Shown one piece after another: positions 37,198 through 46,353 of a stretch of DNA of 64,000 nucleotides. The notes beneath the pieces are model-generated. The model was not told the DNA's origin, made no database searches, and was given only the letters and a program-made list of their open reading frames with translations. The stretch spans positions 1,056,001 to 1,120,000 of the forward strand of contig CAVOGR010000001.1 of NCBI GenBank assembly GCA_963695555.1. The letters run 5' to 3'. The DNA comes from an uncultured Gemmatimonadales bacterium (GTDB taxonomy: Bacteria; Gemmatimonadota; Gemmatimonadetes; Gemmatimonadales; GWC2-71-9). Each line of letters opens with the position of its first letter. Positions within the stretch are counted from its first letter, which is position 1. The position numbers and the translations under genes were made by a program.

Positions 37198-39594
37198 ATG
37201 ATGCGGCGCCCGATCATCCCAGTCACCGTCTGCTTCGGGGCCGGTCTCGCGACCGGCCTCCTGCGTTTCGGGGCACCCCTCGTCGCCATTTCGCTCTTCG
37301 TGCTCATCGGAGTCGCCGGCCGGCGATCGTGGGTTGGCTGGCTCAGCCTGGTGCTGCTGCTCGGCCGACTGCTCGGCGGCGCGCTCGCTCAGGCCGAGCA
37401 CGAGCGTTGTGCGGTACGACTGCCCCAAGCGCGCGTCGAATTCCTGGCCCTGGTTCTGGAGCCGGTCGACTCGTCCGGCGGTGTGACCCGGCTCGAGCCA
37501 CTCGGTGCGGGGTGCCGGGGCTCGACGGCAGCGCGGTGGCCGCCAGCCGAGCCCGTCCTTGCCGGGAACGAAGTCCGGCTGGTCGGTCGCTGGGTTCGGG
37601 GCGACGAACGAAACGGCCGCCAGAGAGGGCGATGGGTCATCGAGAAGGTGCTCGATGTCCGACAGCGACCTCGTCCCGATCACGCCCTTCGCAATGCCAC
37701 GGTCCGCATGATCGACCGGCTCTACGGGTCCCGCGCGCCGATCGTAGACGCCTTGGTCCTCAATCGGAAGGCAGACTTGGATCCTGCACTCCGCGACCGC
37801 TTCGCCCGATCCGGCATGATTCACCTGCTGGCCATTTCCGGGTTTCACGTCGGGCTCCTGACGGCGTGGTTATACGCTGCCTGCCGCCTGGTGGGGTTGG
37901 CGCGCACCACGGCGCTCATCGCGGCTTCAGGCGGCGCCGTGGCATATGCCGCGTTCCTGGGCTGGCCGGCCCCCGCCACGAGGGCTGCCCTCTTGTGCCT
38001 GCTGGTGTCGGTGGCGCGCGGCCGCCAGCGAAGGGTCGACGCCCTGTCGGTGCTCTCGGCAACCGCCCTCCTGGTCATGCTGGTGGACCCGTGGGCGATA
38101 CTCAATGCCGGGGCCTGGCTTTCGGTTCTTGCAGTCTGGGGCATCATGACGTTCGCACCGAATCGTGACGCGGGTCAAAGGGTGCGACTCGTTCAGCACG
38201 CCTTCGCCTCGTCGCTGGGAGCGACGCTCGCAACGGCGCCGGTCATCGCGGCACTGTTTGGTGTGGTATCCGTGGCCGGGATCGTCGTCAATCTGGTGGC
38301 GCTTCCCATCGCCGGCATCGCGGTGCCGGGAGTTTTGGCGAGCCTCATCACCGCCCCGTTCGCGTTTCCCATCGCAGAGCGTCTTGCCGGCGGCACGGGC
38401 CTCGGCCTCAATCTGTTGGAGCAATTGGCGGAGTGGGGAAGCCGAATTCCGTTGGGCCACGTCGTCCAGCCCACCGGTGCGTTGGCGGCGGTTCCCTGGG
38501 TACTGGTGCTGGCGGCAGGTCTGTGGATTCGCGGCCGGGGCACCACGCTGGGCGAGGCTTGGCGGAGGATCCTATGGGTGGGCGTGCTCGCGCTCTGGGG
38601 AGCGCTGGGCCTCGGGCTGGCCGGCCCGGCGGGCGGGCACGGATCGCTCGCGTTACATTTTCTCGATGTGGGGCAGGGCGACGGTGCTGCCATTCGCACG
38701 CCCGGGGGACGGTGGGTCATCGTGGATGCCGGCCCCAGGCACGATCGATTCGACGCCGGCCGTCGCCGCGTCGTCCCATTCCTGCGACGACATCGAGCCC
38801 AGTCGCTCGACATGGTGTTGGTATCTCATGCGCATGCCGACCATCTCGGCGGAATTCGAGCTGTGCTCGAGCAATTTCCCGTGGGTGTGGCGGTCGAACC
38901 GGGCTTCCCCGTTGCCGACCCGATGTATCGGGAATTCTTGGGGGCCATGGAACGACACGAGATTCTCTGGCAACCTGCGAGGTCGGGGCAGCGGATGGAA
39001 ATCGACGGGGTAGAGTTCTCGATCATCCATCCCGACAGCGCGTGGCAGGGGTGGGGTGCAGATCTCAATGAGGACTCGATCGTGCTCCTGGTCGAGTATG
39101 GAGACTTCCAGGCGCTCTTTGCCGGCGATGCGGGCCTGCCGGTCGAGGCACTGCTGGAGGGGCGGGTAGGCTCGGTCGATGTGTTGAAGGTGGGCCATCA
39201 TGGCTCGGCAAGTGCCACAGGCGGAGCGTGGGTCCGAGAGTTGCAGCCGAAGGTGGCGGTCGTTAGCGTGGGCAAGAACCGTTACGGCCACCCCGACCCG
39301 GGCGTCCTGGCCAGGCTTGGGGCCGAGGGGATAGCCCTCTGGCGCACCGATCGGGACGGAGTGGTAACCATCGAGACGGACGGGCGCACCATGGAGGTGT
39401 ACGGTGCGCACCGCCGCCAGTTCGTTGCCGACCTCCGTGATTCGAACCGTTCTAGACAGGCGGATCGGCCGGCGCGCGTCCGGCCGCCACGCCCGGCGAG
39501 AGGAGTAACGCCCAGTGATTCACGATTCGGCGGTCACCACGATCGAACGATTCATCATCGATCAGGAGCGTCAGCACCCGCAGGCGACAGGTGA
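37198..39594 (+). CDS. comEC: DNA uptake channel ComEC/Rec2 with metallo-beta-lactamase domain
   Basis: HLLAISGFHV competence motif, multiple TMs, FLDVGQGD, SHAHADHLGG, NEDSIV, GDAG, LKVGHHGS, NRYGHP, RTD. Confidence 0.95.
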   Translation: MMRRPIIPVTVCFGAGLATGLLRFGAPLVAISLFVLIGVAGRRSWVGWLSLVLLLGRLLGGALAQAEHERCAVRLPQARVEFLALVLEPVDSSGGVTRLEPLGAGCRGSTAARWPPAEPVLAGNEVRLVGRWVRGDERNGRQRGRWVIEKVLDVRQRPRPDHALRNATVRMIDRLYGSRAPIVDALVLNRKADLDPALRDRFARSGMIHLLAISGFHVGLLTAWLYAACRLVGLARTTALIAASGGAVAYAAFLGWPAPATRAALLCLLVSVARGRQRRVDALSVLSATALLVMLVDPWAILNAGAWLSVLAVWGIMTFAPNRDAGQRVRLVQHAFASSLGATLATAPVIAALFGVVSVAGIVVNLVALPIAGIAVPGVLASLITAPFAFPIAERLAGGTGLGLNLLEQLAEWGSRIPLGHVVQPTGALAAVPWVLVLAAGLWIRGRGTTLGEAWRRILWVGVLALWGALGLGLAGPAGGHGSLALHFLDVGQGDGAAIRTPGGRWVIVDAGPRHDRFDAGRRRVVPFLRRHRAQSLDMVLVSHAHADHLGGIRAVLEQFPVGVAVEPGFPVADPMYREFLGAMERHEILWQPARSGQRMEIDGVEFSIIHPDSAWQGWGADLNEDSIVLLVEYGDFQALFAGDAGLPVEALLEGRVGSVDVLKVGHHGSASATGGAWVRELQPKVAVVSVGKNRYGHPDPGVLARLGAEGIALWRTDRDGVVTIETDGRTMEVYGAHRRQFVADLRDSNRSRQADRPARVRPPRPARGVTPSDSRFGGHHDRTIHHRSGASAPAGDR

Positions 39595-40528
39595 ACTCTC
39601 CGATATCCTCTACGATATCTGTCTGGCCGCAAAGCTCATCGCAGCCGAAATTCGCCGCGCTGGCTTGGTCGACGTGCTGGGCTCGGCGGAAGCGACCAAT
39701 GTGCAGGGCGAGGAGCAGCAGAAGCTCGACGTATTCGCCAACGAGGTCATCAAGAATTCGTTGCTGCACACCGGTCGGGTATGCGTGATGGGATCGGAGG
39801 AGGAGGAGGCGCTCATCCCGGTTCCGGACGCGTATCCGGCGGGGAAATACGTCCTGCTCTACGATCCGCTCGACGGGTCCTCCAATATCGACTGCAATTC
39901 GTCGGTCGGGACCATCTTCAGCGTGTATCGCCGGGTGACACCGGACGGATGCGGGACCCTGGCGGACCTGCTGCAGCCGGGCAAGGAACAGGTCGCGGCG
40001 GGCTACGTGATGTACGGGTCGAGCACGATGCTGGTGTACTCGACCGGGGACGGGGTCCACGGATTTACCCTCGATCCGACGATTGGGGAGTTCCTGCTCT
40101 CGCACCCGCGTATCGTCATGCCGGACGTGGGGCAATACTACAGCGTGAACGAGAGCAACTTCACTCGCTGGAGCCCCGGGATTCAACGAGCGGTGCGCGG
40201 ATTCAAAGGAGACCTGCCGGATCGCATCGACCGGAAGAACAGTCGGTACATCGGTTCGTTCGTGGCGGATTTCCACCGCAATCTCGTGAACGGCGGCATC
40301 TTCCTCTATCCGGCGGACACCAAGAACCCGCACGGCAAGCTGCGCATGCTCTATGAGGCGAGCCCCATGGCATTCCTGGCGGAGCAGGCCGGTGGCCTGG
40401 CGACCGACGGGCGGCGCCGCATCATGGATTTGCCGGTGACCGAGCTGCACCAGCGAACGCCGTTGGTCATCGGGACCAAGCGCGACGTGGAATTCGTGCG
40501 TGACATCCTGACGGAGGTCGAGGGGTGA
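39515..40528 (+). CDS. fbp: Fructose-1,6-bisphosphatase class 1
   Basis: NVQGEEQQKLD, SEEE, YDPLDGSSNID, RYIGSFVADFHR, GKLRMLYEASP, LHQRTP. SD AGGAG upstream. Confidence 0.97.
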   Translation: MIHDSAVTTIERFIIDQERQHPQATGELSDILYDICLAAKLIAAEIRRAGLVDVLGSAEATNVQGEEQQKLDVFANEVIKNSLLHTGRVCVMGSEEEEALIPVPDAYPAGKYVLLYDPLDGSSNIDCNSSVGTIFSVYRRVTPDGCGTLADLLQPGKEQVAAGYVMYGSSTMLVYSTGDGVHGFTLDPTIGEFLLSHPRIVMPDVGQYYSVNESNFTRWSPGIQRAVRGFKGDLPDRIDRKNSRYIGSFVADFHRNLVNGGIFLYPADTKNPHGKLRMLYEASPMAFLAEQAGGLATDGRRRIMDLPVTELHQRTPLVIGTKRDVEFVRDILTEVEG

Positions 40529-42090
40529 GCGGTCCCGATCCCAAGGGCACGCGGAAGCAGGTATACGGGCAGGCCGATTGGCACGGCGATATCCCACGTG
40601 ATCTTGGCTCGCCGGGCGAGTTCCCGTTCACCCGGGGCGTGTACCCCACGATGTACACCACTCGAGTGTGGACCATGCGGCAGTATGCCGGGTTCGGCAC
40701 CGCGCATGAAACCAACCGGCGGTTTCGCCGGCTCCTGGCTGCCGGGCAAACCGGCCTATCCACGGCGTTCGACCTACCCACGCAAATGGGGATGGACTCC
40801 GACCACCCGCTCGCGCAGGCCGAAGTCGGCCGTGTGGGGGTGGCCATCGATACGGTGGACGATCTCGCCGAGCTGTTTCGCGAAATCCCGCTCGACCGCG
40901 TGTCCACCTCGATGACCATCAATGCCACCGCCGCCATGCTGCTCGCCATGTACGTGGTGGTCGGCGAGGAGCAGGGGGTGGCTCGGACGCACTTGACCGG
41001 CACGGTCCAGAATGATGTGTTGAAGGAGTACATTGCGCGTGGGACGTACATCTATCCGGCGGAGCCGTCGTTGCGTCTCGTGACCGACGTGTTCCGGTTT
41101 GTCGCCACCGAAGGCATGCGGTTCAACCCCATTTCCATCAGTGGCTATCACATGCGGGAGGCCGGTGCTACGGCCGTCGAAGAAGTCGGCTTTACCCTGG
41201 CCAACGCGGTGGAGTACGTCGGCCGCGCGGTCCACGCGGGCCTGGACATCGAGGACTTAGGGCCGCGGCTGTCGTTCTTCTTTGCCGCCCACAACGACCT
41301 GTTCGAAGAGGCGGCAAAATTCCGGGCCGCGCGCCGACTGTGGGCCCGCCTGGTACGTGAGCGATTCAGCGGCAGCGACGCAGCGGCCCGACTCAGATTC
41401 CACACCCAAACGGGCGGCGTCACGCTTCAGGCGCAACAACCGCGGAACAACATCGTGCGGGTAACCATCCAGGCGCTCTCCGCCGTGCTGGGTGGCACCC
41501 AATCCTTGCACACCAACAGCTATGACGAGGCGCTCACGTTGCCGTCCGCGGAGGCGGCCACCCTGGCGCTTCGGACCCAGCAGATTCTGGCATATGAGAG
41601 CGGGGTCACGTCGACGGTCGACCCCTTGGCCGGGAGTTACTATGTCGAGGCCCTGACCGACGACATCGAGCAGGGTGCCCGGGAAATCCTGGCCGAAGTC
41701 GATGGGATGGGAGGTGCGGGGGCGGCCATCGAGCGTGGCTATTTTCAGGAACGGATCGCCAGGAGCGCCTATCGAGCGCAGCAGTTACACGAGCGAGGTG
41801 ACCAAGTCGTGGTTGGCGTCAACCAATTCACCGATAACGCCCCGCCGTCCCCGATCGAGATCCCGAATTTCGAAGAACTGGCAGACCGCCAACGCGAGCG
41901 GCTCACCCGGGCCAAGGCGGCCCGCGACGCGACGGCCGTCGCGCGGGCGCTCGGGGCGCTCCGGGACGCGGCCGCGGAGGGCCAGCCGCTCATGACCTGC
42001 CTCATTGATGCGGTCCGTGTCCGGGCGACCATCGGCGAGATGAGCGGCGTGCTGAAGGAGCTGTGGGGCGCATACGTGCCGCCTGGGTGA
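40525..42090 (+). CDS. Methylmalonyl-CoA mutase, stand-alone large (substrate-binding) subunit
   Basis: PFTRGVYPTMY, WTMRQYAGFG, GLSTAFDLPTQMG, QNDVLKEYIARGTYI, SGYHMREAG, HTQTGG, LGGTQSLHTN. No DxHxxG B12-binding domain. Confidence 0.93.
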   Translation: MSGPDPKGTRKQVYGQADWHGDIPRDLGSPGEFPFTRGVYPTMYTTRVWTMRQYAGFGTAHETNRRFRRLLAAGQTGLSTAFDLPTQMGMDSDHPLAQAEVGRVGVAIDTVDDLAELFREIPLDRVSTSMTINATAAMLLAMYVVVGEEQGVARTHLTGTVQNDVLKEYIARGTYIYPAEPSLRLVTDVFRFVATEGMRFNPISISGYHMREAGATAVEEVGFTLANAVEYVGRAVHAGLDIEDLGPRLSFFFAAHNDLFEEAAKFRAARRLWARLVRERFSGSDAAARLRFHTQTGGVTLQAQQPRNNIVRVTIQALSAVLGGTQSLHTNSYDEALTLPSAEAATLALRTQQILAYESGVTSTVDPLAGSYYVEALTDDIEQGAREILAEVDGMGGAGAAIERGYFQERIARSAYRAQQLHERGDQVVVGVNQFTDNAPPSPIEIPNFEELADRQRERLTRAKAARDATAVARALGALRDAAAEGQPLMTCLIDAVRVRATIGEMSGVLKELWGAYVPPG

Positions 42091-42121
42091 GGTCTTGCGC
42101 GCCTCGCCACCACCGGCCAGC

Positions 42122-42150
42122 TTGAATCGCGGGTCACATCCGGCTAAGAT
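42122..42150 (+). promoter_or_regulatory. Putative sigma70 promoter for FmdB-argS-pfkB-purM
   Basis: TTGAAT-17 nt-TAAGAT in an AT-richer intergenic region. Confidence 0.6.
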
Positions 42151-42194
42151 ATTGCGTTTTCTGTTCTTATGAGGCACGAGGTTCAGCAGCGACC

Positions 42195-42521
42195 ATGCCG
42201 ACGTACGAGTACGTGTGCCTATCGGGGCACACCTTTGAACGATTCGAGAAGATGTCGGACGCTCCCCGCACCAAATGCCCGGTGTGCGGCAAGCGCGCCG
42301 TGCGTCAGATTTCGGGCGGCGCCGGCCTCGTGTTCAAGGGCAGCGGCTTCTACATCACGGATTACGGCAAGGACGGCAAGGGGCCCCGGAAGGCGGACAA
42401 GAGCGGGGAAAAGCAGGAGAAGGGCGCCGAGAAGTCCGCCGCCGCTGAGAAATCCAAACCCGCCGCGTCGGACAAGGGTGGCGGCGACTCCGGCGGTTCC
42501 GCCCCGAAGGCGCCAACGTGA
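42195..42521 (+). CDS. FmdB-family zinc-ribbon protein with low-complexity K/E/S/A/G tail
   Basis: MPTYEYVCLSGHTFE...CPVCG...FKGSGFYITDY. Confidence 0.92.
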   Translation: MPTYEYVCLSGHTFERFEKMSDAPRTKCPVCGKRAVRQISGGAGLVFKGSGFYITDYGKDGKGPRKADKSGEKQEKGAEKSAAAEKSKPAASDKGGGDSGGSAPKAPT

Positions 42522-44155
42522 CCGAGCGCATTCGCACTGAGCTGGCCCGTGTCGCGGAGGAGTTGGGCGGAGACGGAGTCGAGTTCGTCGTCGAGCGACC
42601 GCGCGACCCCACCCATGGCGACCTCGCCACCAACCTGGCGATGGTGTTGGCGCGCCGGCTCCGCCGCCGGCCGCGAGAGCTGGCCGAGGCCGTGGTTGAG
42701 CGGCTCCACCTTCCTGCCGAGCTCGCCTCCAAGACCGAGATTGCCGGGCCTGGCTTCATCAATTTCTGGCTGGCCGACACGGCGCTGACCGAGCAGATCC
42801 AGGAGATCGTGTCGCTGGGAAGCCGGTACGGACGGAACACACTCGGTTCCGGCCGGAGCGTCAACGTTGAGTTCGTTTCGGCAAATCCGACCGGGCCACT
42901 CCATGTTGGGCATGGGCGTGGCGCAGCCGTGGGCGATGTCTTGGCCTCACTGCTCGAGTGGAGCGGGTATCGCGTGGTCCGCGAGTTCTATGTGAACGAT
43001 GCCGGCGCGCAGATCGACAAGCTCGCGGAGAGTCTGTGGGCCCGGGTGCAGCAGGCGGTGGGGCGGGACGCGGTTGTGCCGGAAGGTGGGTACTTCGGAG
43101 CCTATCTGGTCGAGAACGCCGAGCAGATCCTCCGCGAGGAAGGCGCCGCGTTTGCCGACTTGCCGATGGAGGAGGGCCTCGGCCGGTGCCGAACCATGGG
43201 TGTCGCACTCCAGCGGAGCGACCAGGATCAGGATCTCCGGACATTCGGCGTCCACTTCGACGTTGTCACCAGCGAACGCTCGCTCTACGACAACCGCAAG
43301 GTCGAGGCGGCGATCGACCAATTGACCGCGGGCGGCCTGACGTTCGAGGCGGACGGCGCCTTGTGGCTCCGCACCGAGCGCTATGGCGACGACAAGCCTC
43401 GCGTCCTGCGGAAGCGCGACGGAACCTACACCTACCTCGTGCCGGACATCGCCTACCACATCGACAAACACGAGCGCGGCTTTGCCCATGTGATCGACGT
43501 CTGGGGCGCGGACCATCACGGCTACATCCCCCGCATGCGTGCGGTGCTCCAGGCCTTGGGGTATCTGGATGATTTCTTCGATGTGACGCTGGTGCAGCTG
43601 GTCAAGGTGATGCGGGGTGGGGAAGAGGTGAAGATGTCCAAGCGCACAGGGACGTTCGTTACCTTGCGGGATTTGGTCGAGGAGGTCGGCGTCGATGCCG
43701 CTCGCTATTTCTTTTTGATGCGCCGCGCCGATTCTCAGTTTGCCTTCGATGTCGATTTAGCGAAGCGCCACACGGACGAGAATCCGATTTTCTATGTGCA
43801 AATGGCGCATGCCAGGCTGAGCGGCATCTTTCGGGTGGCCGATTGTAATCCGGACGACGTCGTTGGGACCGTAGCGCTGGAGGACTTGCCGGCGCCCCAC
43901 GATGTCGATTTGCTCAAGAAACTCACCATATTCCCCGATATCGTGGCGCGCGCGGCGGAAGAACGGGAGCCGCACCGGGTTCCCGTCTACGTCGAGGAGT
44001 TGGCCCGTCTGGTCCACGGCTGGTATCACCACTGCCGGGTGCTCGGGGAGCCGCCCGGAGTCGAACGGGCCAGGCTCATGCTGGCCCGGGCCGCGCGTAT
44101 CGTGGTGGCCAACGCGTTGGCCGTTCTCGGGATCACCGCGCCAGACCGGATGTGA
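42518..44155 (+). CDS. argS: Arginine--tRNA ligase
   Basis: HGDLATN, AGPGFINF, EFVSANPTGPLHVGHGR, GADHHGY, KMSKRTG, NPIFYVQMAHAR, APDRM. Confidence 0.98.
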   Translation: MTERIRTELARVAEELGGDGVEFVVERPRDPTHGDLATNLAMVLARRLRRRPRELAEAVVERLHLPAELASKTEIAGPGFINFWLADTALTEQIQEIVSLGSRYGRNTLGSGRSVNVEFVSANPTGPLHVGHGRGAAVGDVLASLLEWSGYRVVREFYVNDAGAQIDKLAESLWARVQQAVGRDAVVPEGGYFGAYLVENAEQILREEGAAFADLPMEEGLGRCRTMGVALQRSDQDQDLRTFGVHFDVVTSERSLYDNRKVEAAIDQLTAGGLTFEADGALWLRTERYGDDKPRVLRKRDGTYTYLVPDIAYHIDKHERGFAHVIDVWGADHHGYIPRMRAVLQALGYLDDFFDVTLVQLVKVMRGGEEVKMSKRTGTFVTLRDLVEEVGVDAARYFFLMRRADSQFAFDVDLAKRHTDENPIFYVQMAHARLSGIFRVADCNPDDVVGTVALEDLPAPHDVDLLKKLTIFPDIVARAAEEREPHRVPVYVEELARLVHGWYHHCRVLGEPPGVERARLMLARAARIVVANALAVLGITAPDRM

Positions 44156-45069
44156 CAATGACCCTCTGTGTCGTCGGTAGTATCGCGCTGGATTCCGTCT
44201 TCACCCCGTTTGGCGAAACCGCCGACGCACTGGGTGGGTCCGCGGTGTATTTCAGCGTGTCGGGATCGCTGCTTCATCCCGTCAGCGTGGTCGGTATCGT
44301 TGGCGAGGATTTCCCCATGGCCGAGCTCGACCGGCTGTCCGGTCGGGGCATCGACTGGTCCGGTGTCGAACAGGTGGCGGGAGAGAGCTTCCGGTGGAAA
44401 GGGAAGTACTCGTACGACCTGCAGAACCGGGAAACCCTCGAGACTCGGCTCGGCGTGTTCGCGGACTTCAAGCCGTCCATTTCGAATGGGGTGAAGGACG
44501 CGCGGTACGTCTTCCTGGGGAATATCGACCCGGAGCTCCAGCTGGGCGTCCTGGATCAGATCCGGCAACCGCGGCTCGTGGCCTGCGATACCATGAACTA
44601 CTGGATCCACAGCAAGCGGGACAGCCTCATGAAGTTGATGCAGCGCATCGACGTGCTCATGGTGAACGACAGCGAGGCGCGCGAGCTGTCCGGCGATTGG
44701 AATGTCTATCGGGCTGCCCGATGGATCCTCAAACACGGGCCGCGATTGGCGGTCATCAAGCAGGGCGTGTACGGTGCCGTCCTGGTGGATGAGGATCGGT
44801 TCTTCTATGTGCCTGGATTCCCGCTTGAGGAAGTCTTCGATCCCACGGGAGCGGGTGACGCCTTCGCGGGCGGCTTCATGGGGCACCTGGCCCGCACCGA
44901 CGATCTGTCGCCGGCCAACGTGCGACGGGCGATGGTGTATGGGTCCGCCATGGGCTCGTTCGCGGTCGAACGATTCTCGACCGCCCGGTTCGATGAGATC
45001 GGCCCAGCCGAGGTCACTGCCCGGGTGCGCGAGTTCAGCGACCTCGTTCACTTCGACATCGCGCCCTGA
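44152..45069 (+). CDS. PfkB-family carbohydrate/nucleoside kinase
   Basis: VGSIALD, LGGSAVY, DTMNYW, NDSEA, DPTGAGDAFAGGF. Confidence 0.93.
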   Translation: MTMTLCVVGSIALDSVFTPFGETADALGGSAVYFSVSGSLLHPVSVVGIVGEDFPMAELDRLSGRGIDWSGVEQVAGESFRWKGKYSYDLQNRETLETRLGVFADFKPSISNGVKDARYVFLGNIDPELQLGVLDQIRQPRLVACDTMNYWIHSKRDSLMKLMQRIDVLMVNDSEARELSGDWNVYRAARWILKHGPRLAVIKQGVYGAVLVDEDRFFYVPGFPLEEVFDPTGAGDAFAGGFMGHLARTDDLSPANVRRAMVYGSAMGSFAVERFSTARFDEIGPAEVTARVREFSDLVHFDIAP

Positions 45070-45083
45070 CGACTTCACGAACC

Positions 45084-46112
45084 ATGAAGTCCACCGATCA
45101 GTACCGCGCCGCGGGCGTGGATCTCGACGCCGCCGAGGCGGCCAAGCGGAAGATCGCCGGCCTCGTGGCCACCACGCGTACCAGCGACTCCCGAGGCAGG
45201 GTCGGCGCCTTCGGGGGCATGGTGCGACTCCCGGCGGGGATCGAGAACCCGGTGCTCGTCCTGAGCACCGATGGGGTCGGGACCAAGGTGCTGGTGGCCC
45301 GGGCCGTGGGACGATACGACACGGTCGGCGAGGACCTCGTCAACCACTGCGTGAATGACATCCTGGTCCACGGGGCTCGGCCGCTGGCGTTTCTCGACTA
45401 CCTCGCGGGTGCGGACCTGCCGGTCGACGCCATCGCGAGCCTGGTGGACGGAGTGGCCCGCGGCTGCCGCGCCCATGCCATGCCGCTCGTGGGCGGTGAA
45501 ACGGCCCAGATGGCCGACCTGTACCGGGCAGGCGAGTTCGACCTTGCCGGGACTATCCTCGGGGTCGTCGAGGAAGGACAGGCGCTCCACGGCGACGCCA
45601 TCGAGCCGGGCGACATGCTCCTCGGCTACGCCTCCTCAGGGCTCCACACCAACGGCTACACCCTGGCCCGCCGCATTCTCTTCGATGAGCAGGGGCTCGG
45701 CCCGGCCGACCCGCTGGGAGAAACCGGCCACACGGTGGGCGACGCCCTGCTGGCCGTCCATCTCAGCTACCACGATGCTGTGATGCCCGTCATTTCGCGA
45801 CTCCACGGAATTGCCCATATCACGGGTGGCGGAATCGAGGGAAATCTCGCGCGCATACTGCCACCGGGCTGTGAGGCCCTGATCGACCCCGCCAGCTGGG
45901 AGATACCGGCCCTGTTCCGGATCCTCCAGGCGAGCGGGCGGGTGGCGATCGAGGAGATGCGGCAGGTGTTCAATCTGGGGGTCGGACTGATCGTCGTACT
46001 CCCCCCGGACCAGGTGACCCCGGTTCGTGCTGCGGCAACCCAAGCGGGTGCCACAACCTGGATCATGGGCGAGGTGCGCCGGGGTGAGCGAGCGGTGCGC
46101 TTCGCTGGCTGA
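45084..46112 (+). CDS. purM: Phosphoribosylformylglycinamidine cyclo-ligase (AIR synthetase)
   Basis: YRAAGVD, STDGVGTK, CVNDIL, FLDY, GGETAQM, SSGLHTNGY, HITGGG, FNLGVG. Confidence 0.97.
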   Translation: MKSTDQYRAAGVDLDAAEAAKRKIAGLVATTRTSDSRGRVGAFGGMVRLPAGIENPVLVLSTDGVGTKVLVARAVGRYDTVGEDLVNHCVNDILVHGARPLAFLDYLAGADLPVDAIASLVDGVARGCRAHAMPLVGGETAQMADLYRAGEFDLAGTILGVVEEGQALHGDAIEPGDMLLGYASSGLHTNGYTLARRILFDEQGLGPADPLGETGHTVGDALLAVHLSYHDAVMPVISRLHGIAHITGGGIEGNLARILPPGCEALIDPASWEIPALFRILQASGRVAIEEMRQVFNLGVGLIVVLPPDQVTPVRAAATQAGATTWIMGEVRRGERAVRFAG

Positions 46113-46125
46113 AAGGACGAACATC

Positions 46126-46305
46126 ATGCGCATCGCCATCACGTCCGGCCTCAGCGTCGGACTGAGCCTCCTTGCCGGGAGCACCCTTGCCGCCGAGCTT
46201 GGCTATCAGTTGGGAAAGGACCAGAACTTGACGACCGACTTCGAGAACATCGATACCACAGGAGGCAACGTCTTCGCGGGGTCCGGCATCAGGCTGGGTC
46301 TCTAG
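46126..46305 (+). CDS. 59-aa ORF: signal peptide plus OMP-like terminal beta-hairpin (microprotein or internally deleted OMP gene)
   Basis: AAGGA SD, ATG 46126, MRIAITSGLSVGLSLLAGSTLAA-ELGYQLGKDQNLTTDFENIDTTGGNVFAGSGIRLGL, TAG. Genome-typical codons. Confidence 0.55.
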   Translation: MRIAITSGLSVGLSLLAGSTLAAELGYQLGKDQNLTTDFENIDTTGGNVFAGSGIRLGL

Positions 46306-46353
46306 CAGTGCGCCGTAGCGGCACCATGGTGACGAGGGAGGGTCAAGCCGGGC

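Noticed and set aside
42169..42540. Alternative-frame 123-aa ORF over the FmdB gene
   Set aside because: Arg/Ala/Pro-rich shadow. The FmdB frame carries the clear family motif.
46306..46353. FMN riboswitch ahead of the rib operon
   Set aside because: The gap is too short and has no FMN aptamer consensus.
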